Assembly (NCBI GenBank): GCA_049284535.1
Contig: JBAPYC010001315.1
Span: 1-61,790, forward strand
Length of the DNA: 61,790 bases
Direction: 5' to 3'
Origin: Streptosporangiaceae bacterium
GTDB taxonomy: Bacteria; Actinomycetota; Actinomycetes; Streptosporangiales; Streptosporangiaceae
Below are positions 52,483 through 60,621 of the stretch, piece after piece. A program made the position numbers and the translations under genes. The notes beneath the pieces were generated by a model. That model saw only the letters and a list, made by a program, of their open reading frames with translations, had not been told where the DNA came from and did no database searches. How positions within the stretch are numbered: position 1 is the first letter of the stretch; every line of letters begins with the position of its first letter.

Positions 52483-54201
52483 GTGCAGACCGGACCGGGG
52501 CCTGACCAAGGCCTGCTTGAACGTGTTGCCCGTTGCATCGCCGCGGGTGAGTCGTTCGAGGTTGAGTTCAGGGGTGAGAGCCACACACCGCTGAAAGACC
52601 GAGACCTAGTTGAGGCGGTGGTCTGCCTGGCGAACGGCGCCGGGGGGCTTCTGCTCGTCGGGGTTGAGGACGATGGAACCGTCACCGGCGCTCGGCCGAG
52701 ACATGAGGCCGGGCGGACGGACCCCCTCCGCGTACAAGCCCTGGTCGCGAACCTGACGCAACCACCGTTGCCGGTATCTGCGGCTGTCGTCGAGGTGGCG
52801 GGGCAGGAAGTCCTGGCAGTCGATGTCCCGGTCAGCCCCCGCGTTGTCGGCACTACGCGGGGCACGTATGTGCGACGGGCATTGGCAGGTGACGGGAGCC
52901 CGAAGTGCCTGCCCTATCACGCTCACGAGATGCTCGCTCACGAGGTTGACCGCGGCGCGGTGGACTGGGCAGCGCTGCGCATCAGCGGGGCGGAGTGGTC
53001 AGATCTTGATCCACTTGAGTTCGAGCGGCTCAGGCAGATGGCGGGAAGCGCAAGCGGGGGCGCCGACCGAATCCTCGGCACGCTGGCGGATCGCGAGATC
53101 ACGAGCGCGTTGGGCTTTACACGGCACGACGCCGAGGTGACGACTGGTGCGCTGCTGTTGTTCGGGAAGGTGGACGCGATCCGGCGATTCCTGCCCACTC
53201 ACGAGGCAGCCTTCCAGGTAACGCGCGGGCTCGAGGTCGAAGTCAATGACTTCATGCCCCACCCACTCCTGAGGCTGGCCGAAGAGATGCTCACCCGGTT
53301 CAGGGCTCGTAACAGCGAGGCGGAGGCGGATTTCGGGATGCTTCGCGTGGCGGTCCCGGCCTACTCGGAAACGGCCTTCCGGGAAGCCTTGGCAAACGCC
53401 CTGGTCCACCGCGACTACACGAGGCGCGGAGCCGTGCACGCCCAATGGAGCGAGGACCAGCTTGAGATCTCCAGCCCTGGCGGCTTCCCCGCAGGAATAC
53501 GCGTGAACAACCTGCTCGTCGCTCCACCTCACCCGCGCAGCCCACTGCTTGCCGATGCCTTTAAGAGGGTGGGTCTCGTCGAAAGGACGGGCAGGGGCGT
53601 CAACCGGATGTTCGCCGAGCAACTCCGCGTGGGCCGCCCGGCGCCCGACTACGGCAGGACATCCGATGATCACGTCGTGGCCATCCTCCCCGGCGGCCCG
53701 GCGAATATGTCCATGACCAAGTGGGTCCTAGAGCAGGAGAACCAGCAAGGGGCTCCACTTCGTGTCCAGGAACTACAGGTTCTCGCAGAATTGCTGCGCG
53801 AGCGGCAGATGACAACCGCGGAACTCGCTGCCATCGTGCAGCGGACAGACGCCGAGACAAGGAACCTGCTCACCCGGATGGTGGAACGCAGCTGGGTCCA
53901 GGCACGGGGCGACGGCAAAGCCAGAAGCTGGCACCTGTCCGCCGCCGTCTACCGCGTGCTCGATGCCCCGTCCGGCTACGTCCGGGTACACGGCTTCGAA
54001 CCCTTGCAGCAAGAACAGATGGTCATCCAGTACGTGAAAGCCCACGGTCAGATAACTCGGAACGAGGCCGCCGAATTGTGCGGCCTCAGTCCGGACCAGG
54101 CCAACCGGTTGCTACGGCGCCTCGTCTCAGCTGGGAAGCTCGGCCAGCGGGGGGAAAACAAGGGACGCGTTTATATCCCGCCAGCCAGCCCTAAAAGTTG
54201 A
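52483..54201 (+). CDS. AlbA_2 (Schlafen-like) / HATPase_c_4 / C-terminal wHTH protein ('RecG-like putative transcriptional regulator' family)
   Basis: GESFEVEFRGESHTPLKDRDLVEAVVCLANGAGGLLLVGVEDDGTVTGARP (AlbA_2)...FREALANALVHRDYTRRGAVHAQWSEDQLEISSPGGFP (HATPase_c_4)...C-terminal helix-turn-helix-like segments. GGAGG lies 5 nt upstream of GTG 52483. Confidence 0.75.
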   Translation: MQTGPGPDQGLLERVARCIAAGESFEVEFRGESHTPLKDRDLVEAVVCLANGAGGLLLVGVEDDGTVTGARPRHEAGRTDPLRVQALVANLTQPPLPVSAAVVEVAGQEVLAVDVPVSPRVVGTTRGTYVRRALAGDGSPKCLPYHAHEMLAHEVDRGAVDWAALRISGAEWSDLDPLEFERLRQMAGSASGGADRILGTLADREITSALGFTRHDAEVTTGALLLFGKVDAIRRFLPTHEAAFQVTRGLEVEVNDFMPHPLLRLAEEMLTRFRARNSEAEADFGMLRVAVPAYSETAFREALANALVHRDYTRRGAVHAQWSEDQLEISSPGGFPAGIRVNNLLVAPPHPRSPLLADAFKRVGLVERTGRGVNRMFAEQLRVGRPAPDYGRTSDDHVVAILPGGPANMSMTKWVLEQENQQGAPLRVQELQVLAELLRERQMTTAELAAIVQRTDAETRNLLTRMVERSWVQARGDGKARSWHLSAAVYRVLDAPSGYVRVHGFEPLQQEQMVIQYVKAHGQITRNEAAELCGLSPDQANRLLRRLVSAGKLGQRGENKGRVYIPPASPKS

Positions 54202-54502
54202 CCTCGCTGTCTTAGCTTGTTATTTAAGCTGGCTGCCTGCGGGTTCTTGGCCTTGGTGGCTCAGACCGTTGGGAAGCGCAGAAGGTCGACTGCCAGGGTT
54301 GGCAAGGACAGGGTCAAGCTGCAGATTTGCGGAGTACCGGCTCAGCTGACCTGCCGTCGGCATCTGGTTGCACGACACGCCACCGCGTGTTGATTCTGGA
54401 CGGAGCCGTTCCGCTGACGGTGGTGTTCGGAGATCGCTGACTTCCCGGGACCGGAAGGGAATTCCCCGGCCGTGTGGCCCTTGGAGCCGCTAGTGTCATT
54501 GC

Positions 54503-54871
54503 GTGCCCGAGAGTACGAGCATCACAGGCCGGTGGCGTATCACGGAGATGGACAAATGGGATCAGGAGGCCGTCGACCTAGTCCAGCCCGGCTTCATCGA
54601 ATTCGGTGAGGACGGCCTCGGCGACCTGGGTTTCATCGTAGTGACGGGAGAGCTTGACTACCGCGACGCGGATCGTGATGGCAGGCCAGGGGTCGAGTTC
54701 TCGTGGCAAGGTTCTGACGAGGGCGACGAGGTAAGCGGTCGCGGCTGGGCCGCGCTCAACGCCGACGGCACGCTCGAGGGGCACGTCTACTTCCACCTTG
54801 GTGATGACTCCGCGTTCCGCGCCGAGCGGTTCAACGGAGCCGTCCAGACAATGGCCTACCCGATCGCCTGA
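54503..54871 (+). CDS. Hypothetical protein (122 aa, acidic, predicted beta-rich)
   Basis: ITGRWRITEMDKWDQEAVDLVQPGFIEFGEDGLGDLGFIVVTGELDYR...VEFSWQGSDEGDEVSGRGWAALNADGTLEGHVYFHLGDDSAFRAER. GTG start. I recognise the pattern as a recurrent uncharacterised family but cannot name it. Confidence 0.5.
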   Translation: MPESTSITGRWRITEMDKWDQEAVDLVQPGFIEFGEDGLGDLGFIVVTGELDYRDADRDGRPGVEFSWQGSDEGDEVSGRGWAALNADGTLEGHVYFHLGDDSAFRAERFNGAVQTMAYPIA

Positions 54872-54968
54872 AAGCTGCCGACTCGTTCAGCGCATCCACA
54901 GCCGCCCACGGGGGCTGGCTCGCGGTTTGCGATTTGCTTGACCTGCCTCTCGCCTACCATGAGTCGTC

Positions 54969-56063
54969 ATGGTCGCGAACCGGATGAACCGTGACGGGTT
55001 TTACGCCACGATGGCGCCGAGTGACGAAACTCGCCTCCGCAAGATCTTGTGGACCCTCTACTGGCGGGGAGACGCCCGGCTCCGCGAGCGCATCGAGGAC
55101 GAGCTGCGCCCGCCGGACCAGCTGAAGGTGAAGCCGAAGAAGGAAGTGCCTGCACCGGACACGGTGCTGAATGAGGTAACGGCGTTCGTCAAGCTGGCGA
55201 GGGACGGTGCATACATGGCCGGGGACCGCCGGGTGCACCACACCGAGCGGTCCAGGTGGCGACTCACGTTCCGTCGGCTGGCGGACGAAGCACTGGCGGC
55301 GCTTCAAGCCGACAATCCAGGGCCAGCGCAGCAAGCCGTCGCGGAGATAGTTGACCTTGCCTGCGAAACGAAGAGTTATGACTACTTCCACTCCGATGAC
55401 CCGGTGGAGGCCGCGAAATTCGTGGTGTCGGACGCTGTCGCCGTGCTGTGGGAGTCGGTGCTCCGTCACGACGGCTTCACGGCCTTCGCCCAGCGCGTTC
55501 CCGAACAGCTCATCCGCTGGGAGGCGGCTTACGGCTGGACCCGGCGAGGCTACGGCCAGGTGCCGGAAAAGGAGACCGCCCTGGGTGTCCTGCTTGCGCG
55601 GCTGCTCACCACGCCGGACATGTGGCGGACGTTTGCCGAGGCCTACCTGGCGGCGCTAGATGCGGCCGGACGGACGGCCCCGAAGCGATCGCGCATCATG
55701 TACGGAAGTTCCGATTTCGACGAGTCCCGCTACCGGCGCCAAGAGCGCGCCAAGAACCTCGCAGGCTGGCATGAGCTGCTGCTTGACCACTTCGGGGCGG
55801 GCCCCGAAGACGAGCTCCTCGGCCGACTCGCCGCGAGCCCGGGACTGGCCGGGCCGGAACTCACCTTTCTGCGCGCCCGCATCGCTGAGCGTCGCGGAGA
55901 ACGCACCCAGGCTGCGGCACTGGTCACTCAGTCCCTGAAGGAGCTGCCCGGTCATCCGGCCTACCTCAGCTTCGCCGCAGAGGTCGGCGCGGAACTTCCT
56001 CCCCGCGCACGCGACCTGCTATCCGAGCGCACTCGGTTCCCGGTGTCGCCGGACCACTCGTAG
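54969..56063 (+). CDS. Hypothetical protein (364 aa, helical)
   Basis: FYATMAPSDETRLRKILWTLYWRGDARLRERIEDELRP... Coding-like composition, no recognisable catalytic motif. The start could be ATG 54984. Confidence 0.5.
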   Translation: MVANRMNRDGFYATMAPSDETRLRKILWTLYWRGDARLRERIEDELRPPDQLKVKPKKEVPAPDTVLNEVTAFVKLARDGAYMAGDRRVHHTERSRWRLTFRRLADEALAALQADNPGPAQQAVAEIVDLACETKSYDYFHSDDPVEAAKFVVSDAVAVLWESVLRHDGFTAFAQRVPEQLIRWEAAYGWTRRGYGQVPEKETALGVLLARLLTTPDMWRTFAEAYLAALDAAGRTAPKRSRIMYGSSDFDESRYRRQERAKNLAGWHELLLDHFGAGPEDELLGRLAASPGLAGPELTFLRARIAERRGERTQAAALVTQSLKELPGHPAYLSFAAEVGAELPPRARDLLSERTRFPVSPDHS

Positions 56064-56124
56064 GCATTTGCCGCGAGCGCCGCCCCGATCCGCGCCGCTC
56101 ACCACACGTCACTCGTGGCAAGCG

Positions 56125-56210
56125 CAAACTCCTTGGTCAGAGCGATGTCGATCATGTACGTAAGTTGCGACTCGCTCCTCGGACACACATAACAAGCCTG
56201 TGACCTGGGA
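56125..56210 (+). repeat. Extended junction repeat containing tRNA-end core, copy R5
   Basis: caaactccttggtcagagcgatgtcgatcatgtacgtaagttgcgactcgctcctcggacac... Confidence 0.8.
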
Positions 56211-56262
56211 ATATGCATTTCGCTCTAGCTGCCCATATGACATCTATGCAGGTCAGAGCTAT

Positions 56263-56281
56263 AGGGGTTCAAGTCGGGTCC
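56263..56281 (+). repeat. tRNA T-loop-like remnant, copy R6
   Basis: aggggttcaagtcgggtcc retains GGGGTTCAAGTC of the tRNA T arm. The 3' core is degraded. Confidence 0.45.
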
Positions 56282-56423
56282 AGGTTGCGGAACGGTAACA
56301 TTAGCTCTCGTTCAGTCCCACAGATCACGCATGCCGGGCGCTGCCCGGCTGCTGTTGCAACGTCGGCTTCCGCAAGCCCGTCACTCCGCCGTGACCCGCC
56401 AACGGCTTCGTCACCAAGATCCC

Positions 56424-56452
56424 GGGCTTCTTGGTGCACTCCCTCCTCACAA
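56424..56452 (+). repeat. Degenerate tRNA-end remnant, copy R6', left partner of R7
   Basis: gggcttcttggtgcactccctcctcacaa versus R7 gggctttttggtgcagtcccccctcggacac. Confidence 0.55.
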
Positions 56453-56504
56453 TTAAGCCCCCGCGTCCGCTGCTGACCTGCTGTTACGTCCCGGCTACGG
56501 GCTC

Positions 56505-57665
56505 TTAGCCGGCCCGCCCGCGCCGGAATCCAGCCTCGGCGCAGGCGGCTTCGAGCGGGGCGATGCCGAAGGCTTCAACCGGCCCGAGCGCGCCCGCAAG
56601 CGGGGTGCCGTCGGCGGAGCGAACGCCGTCGGCGGCCGCCTTGCCCGCCGCCCAGCCCAGTATCTGGGCCGTGAACGAGTACGGATCCGCGCCGGTCAGA
56701 CGGATCGCGGCCAGATCCTCGCCGTCGGCATCGGCCGCGACGGCCACCACGTCCGAGCGGACGGGGCTGGGATTGCCCGGCGTGACCCGGCCGCGCTGCA
56801 CCCGCCGAGCCGCGGCTGCAAGCGCCCCGCGCGCCCCGGGCAGGTGGCCCATCGGCGCGTTGAGCACGGAGGCGTAGCTGACGGCTCTGCTCGCACGGCC
56901 GAACCAGCCGAGGTAGACGTCCACGTCAGTGATCTCCTGGCCGTCGCCGGTCCCCGCCGTCGGCCGAAGCCGGGGCAGCGCGAAATGCTCGGCCGCGCCC
57001 AGCGACACCGCCTCTCGCGCCTTGCCATCGATGGTGAACGATGCGACGTGGGCCGAGGTGCGCTCGGACACGATGCGCCCGCCGCGGAAGGCGTACCCGG
57101 GCTCGAGCAGCACGCCGAGCATTGACGCGCGGGTCCCGGCGCTCGCTGACCGCCGGAGGTCACCGCTCACGAAATAGCCGACTCGGACCCGGGCCGCGCG
57201 GGGCCCGGCCGCGTCGAGCGCGAGCGCCCCGGCCAGGTTCCCCGGCACGAAGTCGTAGCCGAATGCGGTCAGCAGCACCGCGCCGGTCCGTTCCGCCAGC
57301 GGACCGAAATCCTCGAACACCTGGCGGATGAACGGCGGCTCGCCGGCGGAGTCCAGGTAAACCGCGCCGGCATCAACCGCGGCGGCCACGATCGGTCGCC
57401 CGACTTGCAGGAACGGCCCCGCGGTGGACACCAGCACGTCACCGGGCCCGAGCAGGTCCCGCAGCGGCCCGGGCCGTTCGGCGTCGACGACCGCCGTCTC
57501 AGGCTCGGTCCCGCCGCCCGCCTGCGCCAGCCGGGCGGCCAGCGCCGACAGCCGACCCTGGTCGCGGCCCGCCAGGACCAAGCGCACCCCGCCGGCGACC
57601 AGCGCCTGCGCGGTCAGCGCGCCCGTGTAGCCGGTGGCGCCGTACAGCACGATCCGGCTCGCCAT
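56505..57665 (-). CDS. Saccharopine dehydrogenase NADP-binding domain protein
   Basis: MASRIVLYGATGYTGALTAQALVAGG (Rossmann fold). 386 aa. Confidence 0.75.
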   Translation of the reverse strand: MASRIVLYGATGYTGALTAQALVAGGVRLVLAGRDQGRLSALAARLAQAGGGTEPETAVVDAERPGPLRDLLGPGDVLVSTAGPFLQVGRPIVAAAVDAGAVYLDSAGEPPFIRQVFEDFGPLAERTGAVLLTAFGYDFVPGNLAGALALDAAGPRAARVRVGYFVSGDLRRSASAGTRASMLGVLLEPGYAFRGGRIVSERTSAHVASFTIDGKAREAVSLGAAEHFALPRLRPTAGTGDGQEITDVDVYLGWFGRASRAVSYASVLNAPMGHLPGARGALAAAARRVQRGRVTPGNPSPVRSDVVAVAADADGEDLAAIRLTGADPYSFTAQILGWAAGKAAADGVRSADGTPLAGALGPVEAFGIAPLEAACAEAGFRRGRAG

Positions 57666-57726
57666 GACATTAACCTACTCGCCGCCGCGCGACCGCCGGA
57701 AGGCCGTGGCGGCCGGGAGTAACCCG

Positions 57727-58237
57727 TCAGCTCCCCGGCGTCTGGCCGAAGATCGTGTCCGCGAAGCCGAGCATCTCGCCGAAGTCGGTGTCAGCGGAAA
57801 CTATCACCAGATCGTTGGCCGCCGCGTCCTCCAGGCTGGTGCGGTCAGCCGCAGTCAGCAGGCCCACATCACCGACGTGAGCAGCCTCGGACCCCGACTT
57901 GCCCAGGGCACGGCAACCTTGGGCGACGGGTTGGCGTCGATAAGAAGACGCACGACGGCTAGGCGGACTGGCCAGCGGGAGTTCACGTTCTTGCACGGCC
58001 GCCGCGGCGTACTCCAGCGCGGCCAGGACATCCACCCGGTCCAGGTACGGAAGTCAGCCCGGCAGCAAGCTGCCCCAGGACCGCGCTCGCCGTCACCCGC
58101 GTATCCCGGATGCACGGCAGGCCGCTCATCCGGTTCGGGTCGATGGTAATCCGCTCGTAAGCCACCCAGCTCAGACTGCGCTTCCCGGTCGTCCGGCGCC
58201 CGCGTGACGCGACGCGCCCGGGAAACTGCCCGGCCAC
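57727..58237 (-). pseudogene. Decayed DUF433 (antitoxin-like) / DUF5615 (PIN-like) gene pair with several frameshifts
   Basis: DUF433 pieces: ERITIDPNRMSGLPCIRDTRVTASAVLGQLAAG in one frame and VDVLAALEYAAAAVQE in another. DUF5615 pieces: RLLIDANPSPKV in one frame and AAHVGDVGLLTAADRTSLEDAAANDLVIVSADTDFGEMLG in another. Confidence 0.55.
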
Positions 58238-58372
58238 GCCGCGGAGACAACCTGGGTCAGAATCAAGTCACCCTTCACTTGCATTCCGTGGCAGGCGGGC
58301 GACTCCGCTCCACCGTCTTGCCCGTCTACTCACCGCTATTACACCAGCGAGAACTCCGCCGAAAGCAGCCAT

Positions 58373-58403
58373 GGGCTTTTTGGTGCAGTCCCCCCTCGGA
58401 CAC
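58373..58403 (+). repeat. Distal tRNA-Leu 3'-end copy R7 (17/17 identity to the tRNA end)
   Basis: gggctttttggtgcagtcccccctcggacac. The segment agtcccccctcggacac is identical to 10720..10736. Confidence 0.8.
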
Positions 58404-58871
58404 TTTCCTGGTCACATGATCGTTTCCGGTCGCGCTTCGGTCAGCCCCCGCTATGCCCAGAGACGGGCCACGAGATCTGGGCTTTCCTCGCAGGTCGTGC
58501 AGGGTCGCCCGGCTGGTTACGACCCTCGGCGATAATGCGTGCCGCGAGCTCCTGGCGATGCATGAGGCTTTCTACGACGAGCAAGACGCGACGCGGTCTT
58601 CGCGGACTTGATCGCGGCCAGGCGGTTGTCGTGCGGCTTCAGGTCGGCCACCTGTACGGCGTGATGACCAAAGCCGGGGCGAGACCGTGACCGCGGGCAG
58701 GTTCCTCCAGCTGACTGCGCCCCGGCGGACGCGGCACGATTCGGCTGCGGACCCGGGACTTATCCGCAGCCCTATGGCGCCGCGCCTGGATGCGGACGGC
58801 CTGGGCGCCGGAGGATGCGTGAGCCTGTGACCGGTGACGTTTGCCCAGCTAATGCGGAGGTAGAGACAGGT

Positions 58872-59693
58872 ATGCATTCTGCATCGGCGGCTGATGCGAC
58901 CCGCATGGCCAGGCGAGCTTCGGATAGCCCGGTGGCCCACTTCCTGGCCCGGATGGGCCTGACGGCGCGTGGTGTCATCTACCTGCTGGTCGGCTGGGTT
59001 GCCTTGCTGGTCGCGCTGGGGCAGAGCTCGCGCGAGGCGGATCAGCAGGGCGCCTTGCAGTTGCTCGCGGGAAAGTCCTACGGGCTGGTTTCGCTCTGGC
59101 TGCTTGGCATCGGTTTCGCGGCCTACGCGCTGTGGCGGCTGAGCGAGGCCGTCTTCGGCGTCATCGGCGCATCGCCTGGTGCGGGTCCCCGGCTCAAGTC
59201 GCTGGCCCGGGCGGTCATCTACGCGGGCCTGGCCTGCCTGACGTTCGAGGTGATCTCCGGTACGGGCAGCAGCCAGTCCCGCCGGCAGCAAGATATGACG
59301 GCCACGGCCATGCAGCACCCGGCCGGCCGGTGGGCGGTTGGCATCGCCGGGCTGATCGTCGTGGTCTGCGGCCTCGCCCTGGTCGTCGAGGGCGCCCGCC
59401 GGAAGTTCATGAAGTACCTGCGGTCAGCGCAGATGAGCGCCAGGACGCGCCGCGTCGTCGAACTGCTCGGCACGGTCGGGACGATTGCGCGGGGACTGGT
59501 TTTCGCCCTGGCCGGGGTGCTGGTGATCGACGCGGCGGTCACCCATAAGGCGTCCGAGTCCGGCGGCATCGACAAGGCGCTGCTCACGCTGCGGAACCAG
59601 CCGTTCGGCGAGTTCCTGATGATGCTTGCCGCGCTCGGCCTCGTGGTCTTCGGTGTGTACGGGCTGTGCGAGGCCCGCTGGCGGAAGGTTTGA
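58872..59693 (+). CDS. DUF1206 domain-containing membrane protein
   Basis: HFLARMGLTARGVIYLLVGWVALLVALG...LWLLGIGFAAYALWRLSEAVFG, with a repeated pair of TM hairpins. GGAGG upstream of ATG 58872. Confidence 0.7.
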   Translation: MHSASAADATRMARRASDSPVAHFLARMGLTARGVIYLLVGWVALLVALGQSSREADQQGALQLLAGKSYGLVSLWLLGIGFAAYALWRLSEAVFGVIGASPGAGPRLKSLARAVIYAGLACLTFEVISGTGSSQSRRQQDMTATAMQHPAGRWAVGIAGLIVVVCGLALVVEGARRKFMKYLRSAQMSARTRRVVELLGTVGTIARGLVFALAGVLVIDAAVTHKASESGGIDKALLTLRNQPFGEFLMMLAALGLVVFGVYGLCEARWRKV

Positions 59694-59725
59694 GCACAGC
59701 AGGATTTATGGGCTGGCTCGTGGCC

Positions 59726-60621
59726 TCACGGAGTTAGGGCGGCGGCTGGAGGCATCCGCAGCAGCAGGGCACCTGGCTGGGCCACGACCGTGAGCCGACG
59801 GGCCGACCCCATGACCTCGCCATCCCGCTCCCACAGCTGCTCCTGGTCCAGCATCACCTGCAGCTCGGTGAACTGAATGCGGTAGATCCCGCCACGAGAC
59901 GGGCGCCGCAGCACGATGTTCGCAGCCGCCGCCAGCCATCCGGTCAGGCCGCTGGCGATCAGCATGACCGCGTCCAGCATGCCGTCGTCGGGCCGCACAT
60001 CCGGCAGCAGCGGGAGCCCGCCTTGCAGCCGGCCCACGTTGCCGACGATCAGTGTGTTGGCCGGCATCCGCCGGCGCCGGCCGCCATCGGCACTGACGGT
60101 CACCTTCATGGGCCGGTCGCCCAGGTGACGAACCGCCGAGATCGCATAGGCGAACCAGCCAAGGCGCTTCTTGAGCGGATCGCTGGTGCCGCTCAGCATC
60201 CGGGCATCCAGGCCCAGGCCCGCCATCACGACGAACAGCGTCCCGTTCACCCGGCCCGCGTCAATCGGGTGCTGCACGCCGCCGAGCGCGACGGCGAGCG
60301 CCTCGTCCAGGTCCATCGGCAGGCCGATATTGCGGGCCAGCAGGTTGCCGGTCCCCATCGGGATGATCGCCAGCGGCACCCCCGTGCCGATGACGCCTTC
60401 CGCGCACGCGGTGACCGTCCCGTCACCGCCACAGGCGAGCACGAGGCCGACCCCGGCGGGCACCGCCGACTTAGCCTGCCCCCGCCGGGATCCTCCGGTG
60501 TCGTCTCCAGCCAGAGCGGTTGGTCCCAGCCATGATCGTCCATGGCCTGGCGGACGGACGCGCTGAATGCCTTCTCGTCATCCAGCTTCGCCGGGTTCAC
60601 CACGATTGCAGCACGGCTCAT
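59726..60621 (-). pseudogene. Diacylglycerol-kinase-family lipid kinase (DAGK_cat) with an apparent 1-nt frameshift
   Basis: ORF 60247..60621 gives MSRAAIVVNPAKLDDEKAF...WLETTPEDPGGG. ORF 59726..60463, extended upstream in its own frame, gives QAKSAVPAGVGLVLACGGDGTVTACAEGV...IIPMGTGNLLARN. The frames join within gcctgcccccgccggg (60474..60489). Confidence 0.65.

Larger units (their letters stand above)
10736..58403. mobile_element. Composite genomic-island array (about 48 kb) anchored at tRNA-Leu(GAG) and delimited internally by degenerate tRNA 3'-end copies; no intact recombinase
   Basis: All tRNA 3'-end copies are direct repeats on the + strand, at 30732, 30830, 36090, 51997, 52086, 56171, 56263, 56424 and 58373. 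The last copy matches the tRNA 17/17. Lower-GC, ORF-poor junctions separate unrelated cargo blocks. All recombinase genes are fragments. Confidence 0.65.

Noticed and set aside
51951-56186. The 18-codon reverse-strand mini-ORFs in R3 and R5 as genuine conserved micropeptide genes
   Set aside because: Of the four nucleotide differences in the first 13 codons, three change the amino acid, and the sequences diverge completely afterwards. This is more consistent with a truncated gene start or non-coding att arm.
56213-56300. Possible tRNA around ggggttcaagtc at 56263
   Set aside because: No complementary T-stem, acceptor stem or anticodon arm can be drawn. It is treated as a decayed remnant only.
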